Source: a virus. From it: a DNA stretch of 61,496 nt. Both the position numbers and the translations under genes were made by a program. This document shows, piece by piece, positions 28,645 through 37,675 of the stretch (position 1 is its first letter; every line of letters begins with the position of its first letter). Location: the UHGV virus genome UHGV-0350099. The stretch is one strand, 5' to 3'. Below the pieces are notes generated by a model. The model was not told the DNA's origin. It was given only the letters and a program-made list of their open reading frames with translations, and did not search any database.

Positions 28645-28860
28645 TCAGCTTAGAGCAACGACATTTGCTGCTGCTGGGCCTTTAGCACCATTCTCGATAG
28701 AGAATTCGACCTGCTGGCCTTCTTCCAAAGTGCGGAAATTATTACTCTGAATTGCCGAAAAATGTACAAAAACATCTTTACTGCCATCAGCAGGAGAAAT
28801 AAAGCCAAAGCCTTTATCAGAGTTAAACCATTTTACTAAACCAGTCATTTTATTAGACAT
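28645..28860 (-). CDS. cspA: Cold-shock protein, CspA family
   Basis: [38 protein letters not shown]... with RNP motifs KGFGFI and VFVHF; start trimmed to MSNK. Confidence 0.9.
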   Translation of the reverse strand: MSNKMTGLVKWFNSDKGFGFISPADGSKDVFVHFSAIQSNNFRTLEEGQQVEFSIENGAKGPAAANVVALS

Positions 28861-29075
28861 AGATATTACCTTCTTAATTTTGTGAGCCACATAGTGCGGC
28901 GAGAATTTGATCTGTATAGATTGGGACTTACTTAGGCACTTAAGGAGGAGACTCACGAAGAAGGGAAATCAGAAGATAACACTGAACTGAGACTGCTTTA
29001 CTAAAACTGCTTACATAAGGTCTGTCTTGCAAACCAACGATGCTATTAACGCATACCCCTTCTTTTCATGCAACC
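28861..29075 (-). promoter_or_regulatory. cspA-type promoter and long 5' UTR
   Basis: On minus strand reads TTGCAT -35-like, TTAAT -10-like and a cold-box-like TGCAAGACAGACC; about 180-nt leader as in enterobacterial cspA (recalled from memory). Confidence 0.5.
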
Positions 29076-29189
29076 TTTATTTTTCAAAGATAACTAATTT
29101 TTGTCACCATTGGTTTAGTAAACGTTAACGAACCAGACGATGCCAGACACCTTTACAGAGAACAGATGCCCGCCAATTGGCGGGCATCA

Positions 29190-29753
29190 TTATGCGCATT
29201 TCGCAATATCTTTGCGGCGTTTAATCAGTTTCTCCGCAATTTGCTCTATTTCGTTGAAATCTTTCGAGACGCTGTTTCGAAGCGCCAGATTCCATTTACT
29301 CAAAGTTCGGGCATTTTGGACAATTTGATCGCCCTCTTTAAGTCGTCCGTTATTCATGAGCCATTCAGCCACATCAGCCCAATCCCAGAGAGGAGACTGG
29401 CCTTTTATGCGTTGTACAGGGCAAGGGAAGTCGCCGCTTCCGCGCTTACCGTCTTTGAGCAACGCCACTGCCTGGCGAGACAGGTCTGTCAGTTCCGCGA
29501 TATCGCTTAAGCCCACAAGAGCCGAGTCGACGGATTCAACAATTGCACCGATACCGGCTGATTCAATATTGTCGACCGCAGATGCGATAGCTGCATCAAG
29601 TGATTGTGCTTCGCGGTCAAATTCTACATAGACGGAGTTTCCATATGCGCAAATTAGCGCATCGTCACAGCCGTTTTGGTACAGCGCGTCTTCCAGTCCT
29701 TCCGTCTCATACGATACGCCTGAGAGCGTCAGAGTGAAGTTATAAAGCGCCAT
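29190..29753 (-). CDS. Putative DNA-binding protein with HicB-like N-terminal fold (antitoxin-like)
   Basis: Start taken at MALYNFTLTL; N-terminal YxFTLTL...YVEF pattern and a C-terminal HTH-like segment; assignment is weak. Confidence 0.3.
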   Translation of the reverse strand: MALYNFTLTLSGVSYETEGLEDALYQNGCDDALICAYGNSVYVEFDREAQSLDAAIASAVDNIESAGIGAIVESVDSALVGLSDIAELTDLSRQAVALLKDGKRGSGDFPCPVQRIKGQSPLWDWADVAEWLMNNGRLKEGDQIVQNARTLSKWNLALRNSVSKDFNEIEQIAEKLIKRRKDIAKCA

Positions 29754-29813
29754 AGTTTTCCTTTGAAGATAGTTGGACAGTTTCTGCAAAAGGCGGCTAA
29801 TGCCGCCTTGAAA

Positions 29814-30038
29814 TCATTTACAACGATCAACCATTCGTTTGATCTGTTTGGCATGGTTTTCGGGATTACCCGGAGTCGACCATACGCTCATTTGGTGAGT
29901 TTTGTGTTCACCTTCTGGATTACCGCATCGCAGTCTGCAAAAACAATGTGCAGCACCACCAGCTGCTACCCAGATCCAGCCTTTACTTAATGCATAGTCA
30001 ATGGCTGCTTGAATATGCTTATTCGGATGTTGCTTCAT
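29814..30038 (-). CDS. Small Cys/His-containing protein upstream of the HicB-like gene
   Basis: 74 aa, HCFCRLRC...H..H motif; first gene of a two-gene minus-strand cassette. Confidence 0.35.
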   Translation of the reverse strand: MKQHPNKHIQAAIDYALSKGWIWVAAGGAAHCFCRLRCGNPEGEHKTHQMSVWSTPGNPENHAKQIKRMVDRCK

Positions 30039-30292
30039 TCGCCTCCGATAATAGTATTCTATTCACAGTGTTGACATCTGTCAACGGCGACTGAATTTCA
30101 TCCGTTCATGCCACACCCCCATCCATCTCATGTATGTGACCTAAAGATGGTCAGCACAGCTTACCAAAATAAGACAACTAATTATCTTCGGTGATCTCAA
30201 TATTTTCCCCTGAACAAAGTTGACATGACGCCATAAACCCGTTCTCTGTTTGATATAATTGATACAGATTTTATAAGTAGGAACCTATTAGA

Positions 30293-30724
30293 GTGAACAC
30301 TGATATTTTTTCTAAAATCATGGCCGATCTGGAGTTCGACCGCGACAACCTTGAGGAAGTATGGCGTAAACAGCCACGGCTTTTAATGGAGTATGGGTCA
30401 AAACTAGCGCAGGCAGATCGAGATGTCGCAGAGGCAAAACTTAACCTTGAAGCTGTTGAAGCAAAGCTATACGACACAGAGCGTAAGAACTTGAGTATGA
30501 ACGGCATTAAGTTTAACGAGTCTGTACTGGACGCTAAGGTTAAAACAAACCCACAGTATCTGTCTAAACGGCAGAAGTTGGATGAAGCACGGCACATCGC
30601 AGACATATACAAACATGCTGTCGCCGCCTTTTCGCATCGCCGAGACATGATCGTTCAGGCGTCAAAGATGGCCATCGTTGAATTAGAGCGATTAGGCTCT
30701 GAACGCTTTATTACTCCCCGTTGA
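30293..30724 (+). CDS. Hypothetical protein
   Basis: 143-aa ORF with GTG start; coiled-coil-like composition. Confidence 0.45.
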   Translation: MNTDIFSKIMADLEFDRDNLEEVWRKQPRLLMEYGSKLAQADRDVAEAKLNLEAVEAKLYDTERKNLSMNGIKFNESVLDAKVKTNPQYLSKRQKLDEARHIADIYKHAVAAFSHRRDMIVQASKMAIVELERLGSERFITPR

Positions 30725-30729
30725 TTTTT

Positions 30730-30758
30730 GATAGATAATAAGTAAGTACTGATCTATC
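30730..30758. promoter_or_regulatory. Palindromic intergenic motif GATAGATAATAAGTAAGTACTGATCTATC
   Basis: Member of dispersed TAAGTA/TACTTA family, upstream of SSB-like gene. Confidence 0.45.
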
Positions 30759-30841
30759 ATTTAACAGCTCGAAAGAGCCACGAATGAACGAAAGCCCAAC
30801 GCGCATAGCGCCATCGGCCAAATCACAACAAGGAGAAACAC

Positions 30842-31870
30842 ATGTCTAAGACATTACTTGATTTGCTTAACAAAACTCGTGAAGACATTGCCGCCAAACG
30901 TGGCAACAACGTTGATCTGACTCGCTTAAAAGACGGCGTCAACTATATCCGCATCTTCCCGAATAAAGACGACCCAAACGGTAAGTTCTTCCAGACTTTC
31001 GGTATGCACTACGTTAAGTATCAGAACGAGGAAGGTAAAGAAGCAACCAACGCTTATATTTGTGAGCAACATACTCACGGTCGCGCTTGTCAGCTATGCG
31101 AAATGGTTATGGAAGGTCGCGCTCGTCACAAGGGTAACAAAGCAATGGAAGAACGCATCGGTCAAATGCGTGCCACTCCTCGCTACCTGGTCAACGGCAT
31201 TCTTTCTGCTCGTGAGGATTTCGCAGATGCTGAGAAATGCCAGTTAATCGAGCTGCCGTCTACTGTATTCGATGATATCTGCAAAGCAATCACCGAAGAC
31301 ATCGCTGATGATATCGGCAATCCACTGAGCAAAGAGGAAGGCTACGCATTCCTGATTAAACGTACTGGCTCTGGTCGCGATACCAAATATGACGTCTCGC
31401 CTAAGCGTAAAGTCTACAAAGGCGATATCGAAGATAAATTCTGGAACACCCAGCATGATCTGATCGCATACGCAAATCAGGCTGATGAAACTCGTCTTCT
31501 GTCGACAGTTCGCACTATGGGTCGTCTGATTGGCATCGCTGCACCAACTGCCGCAGCATCTGCACCAGCAATTTCCTCAACCGCGAAAACATCGGCTGCG
31601 GCACTACCTGGATTTGGCTCTGTCACTGGTCATACGGAGGGTGCGACTGCTGTAGCAACCGCTCACACCCCAGCTTCTGAACCAACCAGTCTGGTTGATG
31701 AAGAAATCCTCCGTGCCGTTGAAACTGAATTTAAACCAGAAGCAAGTTCCGCTGCCGTTGCCGTATCAGTCAAAGAGTCTGAAGCAGTCGCAGCGACATC
31801 TGTAGCAGCCGCATCTGCGACGGAAGATGAAGGTCTGGATGACCTACTGAGAGAGCTGGACTCTCTGTAA
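30842..31870 (+). CDS. Single-stranded DNA-binding protein (gp32-like)
   Basis: Zn-binding-like CEQHTHGRACQLCE; Ala/Ser-rich linker and acidic C-terminal tail DEGLDDLLRELDSL. Confidence 0.55.
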   Translation: MSKTLLDLLNKTREDIAAKRGNNVDLTRLKDGVNYIRIFPNKDDPNGKFFQTFGMHYVKYQNEEGKEATNAYICEQHTHGRACQLCEMVMEGRARHKGNKAMEERIGQMRATPRYLVNGILSAREDFADAEKCQLIELPSTVFDDICKAITEDIADDIGNPLSKEEGYAFLIKRTGSGRDTKYDVSPKRKVYKGDIEDKFWNTQHDLIAYANQADETRLLSTVRTMGRLIGIAAPTAAASAPAISSTAKTSAAALPGFGSVTGHTEGATAVATAHTPASEPTSLVDEEILRAVETEFKPEASSAAVAVSVKESEAVAATSVAAASATEDEGLDDLLRELDSL

Positions 31871-31886
31871 TCCCATTACGTGACCA

Positions 31887-31915
31887 GTAAGGCGTCTACG
31901 GACGCCTTACTTTTT
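31887..31915 (+). terminator. Rho-independent terminator (AGGCGTCC/GGACGCCT family)
   Basis: GTAAGGCGTC-TACG-GACGCCTTAC followed by TTTTT. Confidence 0.65.
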
Positions 31916-31930
31916 GGAAGGAATGTACCG

Positions 31931-32875
31931 GTGAATTATCTCTTCGTAGATGGCAATAGCCTGGGTTATTACCACCAACAATCTGACAAATTGCACAACG
32001 GCGAAATGGAAGTACAGGCTGCTTTCGGCTTTGTTAAGAACGTCCGTCGTTATGCCTCCATCCTCCATGCCCGACCTATGATTCTTTGGGATGGATTTAG
32101 TGACAAGCGTCGCGACTTTTACCCGGACTACAAAGCAAATCGCGACGACGATCCTGATATGAAAAAGATGAAGGAAGGCTTTGCTGTCCAGAAGCCATAC
32201 ATCCTCAAAATGATGACCGCGCTTGGTGTTAACCAAATCATTGCAAAAGATGCAGAAGCGGATGATCTGGCCGGGCTGCTGGTATCCCGCATGGCACCGC
32301 AGCCAACCGTTGAACACATCTATCTGTTAACAGGCGATAGCGACTGGCTTCAGTTAGTTCGTGAAAACGTAAGCTGGGTAAGCCTGCGTGAAGACGCCAA
32401 AAACAAGCAGGTTAATTTTGAGCAATTTGCGGAGCTGACAGGATTCGCCACGCCTCGCGCATTTTTGGAAGCAAAAGCATTACAAGGCGATAACTCGGAC
32501 AACATTAGCGGTGTTGGAGGCATTGGTGCTGGCGGTGCGAAAGAGCTGCTGCATGAATGGGGAAGTGTCGCAACGATGGTACGCGGCATCAACGACGGCT
32601 CAATCGTGGTTAATAAAGGGCGTCATAAGACCGCCTTCAACAAACTAGCGAAGAATGCCTTCAACGAGAAAACAGGCTGTCGAATGCTCGAAGCGTTCAA
32701 GAGAAACATCACGCTAATGAACCTGATTGAGACGAAGTTTCCGCCTACCGAAATCGAAACAATCAAAGGCAATCGTGACGTGAAAGCATTCGAGCAACTG
32801 TGCTACGAGCTGAATTTCCGTTCGTTCCTTGAAGACCTTGAAGTGTTTGTTCTTCCATTCGAAAGGTATTGCTAA
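31931..32875 (+). CDS. 5'-3' exonuclease / flap endonuclease (Pol I 5' nuclease-like, phage RNase H type)
   Basis: LFVDGNSLGYY, AEADDLAG, LLTGDSDWLQLV and H3TH GDNSDNISGVGGIG motifs; start GTG 31931 after RBS GGAAGGA, since the longer ORF start lies inside the terminator. Confidence 0.8.
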   Translation: MNYLFVDGNSLGYYHQQSDKLHNGEMEVQAAFGFVKNVRRYASILHARPMILWDGFSDKRRDFYPDYKANRDDDPDMKKMKEGFAVQKPYILKMMTALGVNQIIAKDAEADDLAGLLVSRMAPQPTVEHIYLLTGDSDWLQLVRENVSWVSLREDAKNKQVNFEQFAELTGFATPRAFLEAKALQGDNSDNISGVGGIGAGGAKELLHEWGSVATMVRGINDGSIVVNKGRHKTAFNKLAKNAFNEKTGCRMLEAFKRNITLMNLIETKFPPTEIETIKGNRDVKAFEQLCYELNFRSFLEDLEVFVLPFERYC

Positions 32876-33141
32876 TGCTTAAATCGATTATCAATGGCGC
32901 TACAACCACCCCTGCCCAACTGGCAAAAGAGATTGTCTTTTATCACGGTGAGTACGCTGTCATCGCACTGCCGTCAATTCTAGGCGCTGCCGGAATGAAA
33001 GCGACAGATCGCGAGTTTGGATTAGTCAGCGAGCAGGTCGTAAAAATCCTCGCTCGTGTATCCAGACTCCTTAACCACGATGCGATTGTATTCGATGAAT
33101 CCGCCGCTTTAAAACGAATCAACGAAACAAAAGGAGCCTGA
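32875..33141 (+). CDS. Hypothetical small protein
   Basis: 88-aa ORF, TAATG-coupled to exonuclease gene. Confidence 0.4.
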   Translation: MLKSIINGATTTPAQLAKEIVFYHGEYAVIALPSILGAAGMKATDREFGLVSEQVVKILARVSRLLNHDAIVFDESAALKRINETKGA

Positions 33142-33143
33142 TC

Positions 33144-35483
33144 ATGGCAAAAGGAAAATCCGCACTGGCACTTGCTCTGAAAAAGAAAATCGGTAGCAAC
33201 GACGAAATTCAGAAAGTAACTCATTGGATTGATACAGGCTTTCCACCGTTAAACAAAGCTATTTCTGGTCGTTACGATGGCGGCTTCCCATGTGGTCGTA
33301 TCGTCGAAGTATTCGGTCCACCAAGCGCGGGGAAATGTGTTACCGCAGACACCATGCTGCTGACGGAGCGTGGAATGGTAACAGTGAAAGAGTTGTTTGA
33401 GATTGAAGGGTACAAAGCGACATGCACTACTCGCGATGTAGAGCATAACGTTGGACTCATCAATGAAAATGGCGTGATAGAGAAGACCTCACACCTGACA
33501 TGGAACAACCGTCGCAAATTCAAGCGTATTAAGCTGGCATCAGGCGGTTATATCGAGGCTACGTTCCGTCACCCAATCCGTGTGGTTGACGACTTAGGTA
33601 ATGTCGTCTGGCGACATGCTGAAAAAATCAGTGTAGGCGACACGATTCCTTCAATGGTTGGCACACATCAATTCGGCGATCAGCACCTGGATGCCAATAT
33701 CGCAAAACTGATGGGCTATTTAATTGCTGACGGATACGTGGCCTCTGAAAATTCAGTGAATTTTTCTAACACAGATCCTTTCATCAAGGATGAGTACTAC
33801 CGCCTCATTTCGCTGGTATCAGACAAGATGCCAGTTGCGAGAAAACATAACGGCTCGGAAGACCATGTGCTGTTTAGCAAAGAGGTGCGTTCGCTGCTTT
33901 TTAAAGAATATGGTCTGGAGTATGAGAAAGCTGCTGGCAAGCAGGTTCCGTTGAGTGTGCGTCGCGCCAATAGCGAGGCTCAAATTGCATTCCTTCGCGG
34001 CTACTTTGAGCTGGAATGCCACGTCAATGATGGTCGCTGCATTGAGGTTGTGAGCGCGAGTGGGCTGCTGCTACAGCAAATTCGCCTCATGCTCCTGAAT
34101 CTGGGGATTACGTCAACTATCTCTGAAAAACACGTCGCGGGTTATGAAAATACATATTACCGGCTGTCATTCAGTGGCTCTAATTACGACCTTTTTCTGT
34201 CAACGATTGGTTTCGAATCTCCGGCACGTTTATCAGTGGCAACCAAACGGGACATTGGTTTTGACCGCACTTACTCAGGCTATGTTCCGCACATCAGCGG
34301 CTTAGTGAAATCACTCTACGAGTCGCTCACCAAGACCACCCGTGAAGACTACGCTCTGGTAGACCACGTTATTGGCCGCGGCGATCGTGTCGGAATAGAC
34401 AAACTGCGAGAAATCTATGTCTCCTTCATTGGCAGAAAGAATCGTTTTAACGAGCATCTGTTTGCACAACTGGCAGCGGTAATTGGCTCTAACTTGTTCT
34501 ACGACGAAGTCGTGGCTATTGAGGAAGGTGAAGCACCAACGTTCGACGTAGCGATGCCGGAAACACACTCTTTCTGGTCTAACGGGATTATCAGCCACAA
34601 CACATTCCTTGCAACAGCAGCGATGATCTCCGCTCAAAAACAAGATGGTCTGGCGGTATTCCTCGATCATGAAAACAGTTTTGACGTTGGCCTGGCTGTA
34701 GCCAATGGCCTGAACGCAGATGAGGATGACGGTCAGTGGGTATACAAGCAGCCAGATACCTTCGAAGACTCTGTAGAGTTGATCGGCACAATACTTAAAT
34801 TGGTTCGTGATGAAGAGCTTATCCCCGAATCAGCACCTATCTGTATCGTGGCTGACTCTCTTGCGTCTATGGTTCCGAACTCCAAAGCCGAGAAGTTCGA
34901 AAAGATGGCTGAAGGCACAGCCAAAGACAAAGATCAGCTAAACATGAACGACAATACGGCACTGGCTCGTGCGACGAGTGCGAACTTCCCTACTCTGGCT
35001 TTGTGGGCACGCAAATACAACGCCTGCATCATCTTCTTGAATCAGGTTCGCACAAAAATCGGTGTAATGTTTGGCGACCCTACTACGTCGCCAGGTGGAG
35101 ATTCACCGAAGTTTTACGCTTCTGTGCGTATCCGTCTTGGTGCATCGGTGATGAAGGATGGTAAAGAGAAGATCGGCCAGGACGTAGGCGCAGAATGCAT
35201 CAAAAACAAAGTTGCACCACCGTATGGCAAATGCACCTGGAAATTCTACTTCGATCCTACTCGTGGCCTCGACGTTATCGAATCGCTCGTCGAGTACATG
35301 CTGGAAGAAGGATACCTGCCAAAGAACGCCAGCGGGCGAGTTGAAATTGGTGACAAGAAATACACCAAATCGCAGATCGTCGAGATGTATCGGGAGAAGC
35401 CACTGGCTGAAATCATTGCGGCTTTGCAGGCAATCGACGACCGAAGAGCAAAAGACAACCCCACCGAGTCAGTAGAAGAGTAA
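33144..35483 (+). CDS. recA: RecA-like recombinase interrupted by an intein
   Basis: Exteins: GRIVEVFGPPSAGK|...|TFLATAAM, AVFLDHENSFD, CIVADSLASMVP, IFLNQVRTKIGVMFGDPTTSPGGDSPKFYASVRIRLG match RecA core motifs. Confidence 0.85.
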   Translation: MAKGKSALALALKKKIGSNDEIQKVTHWIDTGFPPLNKAISGRYDGGFPCGRIVEVFGPPSAGKCVTADTMLLTERGMVTVKELFEIEGYKATCTTRDVEHNVGLINENGVIEKTSHLTWNNRRKFKRIKLASGGYIEATFRHPIRVVDDLGNVVWRHAEKISVGDTIPSMVGTHQFGDQHLDANIAKLMGYLIADGYVASENSVNFSNTDPFIKDEYYRLISLVSDKMPVARKHNGSEDHVLFSKEVRSLLFKEYGLEYEKAAGKQVPLSVRRANSEAQIAFLRGYFELECHVNDGRCIEVVSASGLLLQQIRLMLLNLGITSTISEKHVAGYENTYYRLSFSGSNYDLFLSTIGFESPARLSVATKRDIGFDRTYSGYVPHISGLVKSLYESLTKTTREDYALVDHVIGRGDRVGIDKLREIYVSFIGRKNRFNEHLFAQLAAVIGSNLFYDEVVAIEEGEAPTFDVAMPETHSFWSNGIISHNTFLATAAMISAQKQDGLAVFLDHENSFDVGLAVANGLNADEDDGQWVYKQPDTFEDSVELIGTILKLVRDEELIPESAPICIVADSLASMVPNSKAEKFEKMAEGTAKDKDQLNMNDNTALARATSANFPTLALWARKYNACIIFLNQVRTKIGVMFGDPTTSPGGDSPKFYASVRIRLGASVMKDGKEKIGQDVGAECIKNKVAPPYGKCTWKFYFDPTRGLDVIESLVEYMLEEGYLPKNASGRVEIGDKKYTKSQIVEMYREKPLAEIIAALQAIDDRRAKDNPTESVEE
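33336..34601 (+). mobile_element. Intein (422 aa) with LAGLIDADG homing endonuclease, inserted in the RecA P-loop
   Basis: Begins with Cys right after GPPSAGK, ends HN followed by Thr; LAGLIDADG-like LMGYLIADGYV and FLRGYFELECHV. Confidence 0.8.
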
Positions 35484-35487
35484 ACAC

Positions 35488-35513
35488 AAGGCGTCCACAG
35501 GACGCCTTTTTAT
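35488..35513 (+). terminator. Rho-independent terminator (AGGCGTCC/GGACGCCT family)
   Basis: AAGGCGTCC-ACA-GGACGCCTT followed by TTTATCT. Confidence 0.6.
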
Positions 35514-35524
35514 CTCTTGAAAAT

Positions 35525-35544
35525 ATATAAGTACTTACTTATAT
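35525..35544. promoter_or_regulatory. Palindromic intergenic motif ATATAAGTACTTACTTATAT
   Basis: Member of dispersed TAAGTA/TACTTA family. Confidence 0.45.
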
Positions 35545-35573
35545 TTTCGCATAACAACCACATAGGAAAACAC

Positions 35574-35774
35574 ATGATCAAAATCTATCTATTGGCAGTA
35601 GCCACAGGCCTTTCAGTGGCTCTCATCTACGGTTTACTGGTTCCGTCGCTGATTTCTACCAAGAGTGATTTAGCCGTCATGTTTGGAGTTATCGTTGGTT
35701 TTGGTGCTCCTGTAATCGGTCTTATTGCTGGTCGTAAGTTTATCAACTCATTAATCAAAGCAAAGGGGAAATAA
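35574..35774 (+). CDS. Small membrane protein (two predicted TM helices)
   Basis: Start at ATG 35574 after GGAAAACAC; hydrophobic segments LLAVATGLSVALIYGLLV and VMFGVIVGFGAPVIGLIAG. Confidence 0.4.
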   Translation: MIKIYLLAVATGLSVALIYGLLVPSLISTKSDLAVMFGVIVGFGAPVIGLIAGRKFINSLIKAKGK

Positions 35775-35777
35775 GTA

Positions 35778-36608
35778 ATGAAGAAAGGTTTACTTGCAGT
35801 TGCTCTGGCGGCTATTTGCACAATGGGTCTTACTGGCTGTGATCGCGTGGAGCCTGGATACGTTGGCATCAAAGTAAACAAATTAGGTGAAGACAAAGGG
35901 ATTGGTGAAGTGGTTGGCGTTGGTCGCCAATGGACAGGTCTTAACACCGAACTTTACGTATTCCCGACCTTCAAACAAATGAAGACCTACGACGAGCCGT
36001 TCACATTCCAGATGAGTGACGGTACTGCTATTGGTCACAAAATTGGCGTTGCGTATCTGGTTAATCGTGACAAGGTAACGACGGTGTTCCAGACCTATCG
36101 CAAAGGCGTAGACGATATCACCGAATCAGATCTGCGTCAGAAAATTGCCGACTCTCTAAACCGTTTGGCCAGCCGTATGACCACTGACTCATTTATCGAC
36201 GGTGGTAAGGCACAATTGCTGGACAACGCACTGAAAGATATTCAGAAAGAGATGTCTCCGGTTGGTATTGAGGTACTGAGCCTGTCATGGGTTGGAAAGC
36301 CTGATTACCCAAAAACTGTCATTGAATCTATTAACGCCAAAGTAACGGCTAACCAGCGTACTCTGCAACGTCAGCAGGAAGTTGAACAACGTAAAGCTGA
36401 GGCGAATATGCTACGTGAACAGGCTAATGGTGAAGCTGATGCTATCCGTGCTCGTGCGCAAGCAGAAGCAGACGCCATTCGTCTGCGCGGTGAAGCTCTG
36501 CGTCAAAACCCGAACGTTATGGAACTGGAAGCCATCAATAAATGGAATGGCCAGTTACCGCAGTACATGACTCAAGGGGCTAACACTCCTTTCATTACAG
36601 TGAAATAA
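35778..36608 (+). CDS. SPFH/band-7 (prohibitin/stomatin-like) domain lipoprotein
   Basis: Signal peptide with lipobox LTGC; SPFH-like core followed by Ala/Glu/Arg-rich coiled coil (EADAIRARAQAEADAIRLRGEA). Confidence 0.65.
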   Translation: MKKGLLAVALAAICTMGLTGCDRVEPGYVGIKVNKLGEDKGIGEVVGVGRQWTGLNTELYVFPTFKQMKTYDEPFTFQMSDGTAIGHKIGVAYLVNRDKVTTVFQTYRKGVDDITESDLRQKIADSLNRLASRMTTDSFIDGGKAQLLDNALKDIQKEMSPVGIEVLSLSWVGKPDYPKTVIESINAKVTANQRTLQRQQEVEQRKAEANMLREQANGEADAIRARAQAEADAIRLRGEALRQNPNVMELEAINKWNGQLPQYMTQGANTPFITVK

Positions 36609-36625
36609 CTCCCCTAAAAAGTTCA

Positions 36626-36649
36626 GGCGTCCAGTTGGACGCCTTTTTT
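36626..36649 (+). terminator. Rho-independent terminator (AGGCGTCC/GGACGCCT family)
   Basis: GGCGTCC-AGTT-GGACGCC followed by TTTTTTA. Confidence 0.65.
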
Positions 36650-36666
36650 ATCGCAATTATCTTATT

Positions 36667-36687
36667 AAGAAAACAATTTGTTTAAAA
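36667..36687. promoter_or_regulatory. AAACAATTTGTTTAA palindrome upstream of 36700 gene
   Basis: AAGAAAACAATTTGTTTAAAA followed by GGATAAGAAAACATG. Confidence 0.5.
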
Positions 36688-36699
36688 GGATAAGAAAAC

Positions 36700-37125
36700 A
36701 TGACAGCTATTAAGAAACTCTACGATGCCGCAAACGTGGCTCTGGATGTTATTGATGATGAAGTAGCAAAAGGCTTTCCTGAACCTGATTGGGCGCATCA
36801 GCTACGAAACGCTATCGCAGAAATGACCCCACCAGATCCAACCCCCGACGAGACAGACTGGCAGCGATTCATCCGTATGTACGCTCAGGAAATAGGTCCA
36901 ACGCCAACGGCAGAGCAGGCAATGCTGCTGAAATACTTCAAAGAGGCGGGAGAGGATTTACCAATTGATGACTCAGCATATTGGTTCCACTGCGCATGGC
37001 GTAAGTATGACGTGATATTCACACAAGGCATGGGAAGCAAAGATATGGTTGTGTGGCATCTACTCCATATAGACACAGCCGTTGACAGAGTTATTGAACA
37101 GTTTTTCCCTAAACAAGAAGATTGA
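36700..37125 (+). CDS. Hypothetical protein
   Basis: 141-aa ORF preceded by AAACAATTTGTTTAA motif. Confidence 0.5.
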   Translation: MTAIKKLYDAANVALDVIDDEVAKGFPEPDWAHQLRNAIAEMTPPDPTPDETDWQRFIRMYAQEIGPTPTAEQAMLLKYFKEAGEDLPIDDSAYWFHCAWRKYDVIFTQGMGSKDMVVWHLLHIDTAVDRVIEQFFPKQED

Positions 37126-37180
37126 TCGCCTATTCATAACTAACAAAATAAGTAAACACTAACCACAAAAGGAAAAACAC

Positions 37181-37456
37181 ATGAGAGTTTTAGTTCGAAT
37201 CGTTACCAGCACTGTCTATGACGTGTTTCCGCTTTTTATGGTCAAAGCCGATGGCCTTAACGACGAAGAAACTGACGCGCTGATCCAGCGTATTCTCGTT
37301 GAATATACAGGTCATGACGCTGATTCAGTGATGGTTGATGATGATGGTGTTTGTTGGCATAACGGCAACTGTTGGTACGTAGAAGAGACTCAACAAATCA
37401 GTGATGAAGATGCCGAACATCTTGAGCGTATTTTAAGCATCAGCACTTTTGAGTGA
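37181..37456 (+). CDS. Hypothetical acidic protein
   Basis: 91-aa ORF with conserved AAAGGAAAAACACATG start context. Confidence 0.5.
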   Translation: MRVLVRIVTSTVYDVFPLFMVKADGLNDEETDALIQRILVEYTGHDADSVMVDDDGVCWHNGNCWYVEETQQISDEDAEHLERILSISTFE

Positions 37457-37473
37457 GTTTACAGTAAAATTTA

Positions 37474-37495
37474 TATAAGTTAGTATCTACCTATC
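37474..37495. promoter_or_regulatory. Palindromic intergenic motif TATAAGTTAGTATCTACCTATC
   Basis: Member of dispersed motif family. Confidence 0.4.
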
Positions 37496-37675
37496 ATGAA
37501 GATTTTTATTGAATACTTGTTACTCATCGTTTCAATAGCTTTTGTCATCGACTGCATTTTCACTGGTGTCATTCGTAAAGTCTTTTCCCCGGTGCACGAC
37601 GTAGTCATAAACGCTTTGGCTATCGTGCTCGTATTTAATTCAGCATTTGATGTAATCAAAGAGGTGGCAGCATGA
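37496..37675 (+). CDS. Small membrane protein (about 59 aa)
   Basis: Unlisted short ORF MKIFIEYLLLIVSIAFVIDC...; ATGA-coupled to next gene; preceded by palindromic motif. Confidence 0.3.
   Translation: MKIFIEYLLLIVSIAFVIDCIFTGVIRKVFSPVHDVVINALAIVLVFNSAFDVIKEVAA

Noticed and set aside
31880-31930. Longer start (GTG 31880) for the flap exonuclease gene
   Set aside because: That start lies inside the terminator hairpin of the preceding SSB gene; an in-frame GTG at 31931 with a GGAAGGA RBS is more plausible.
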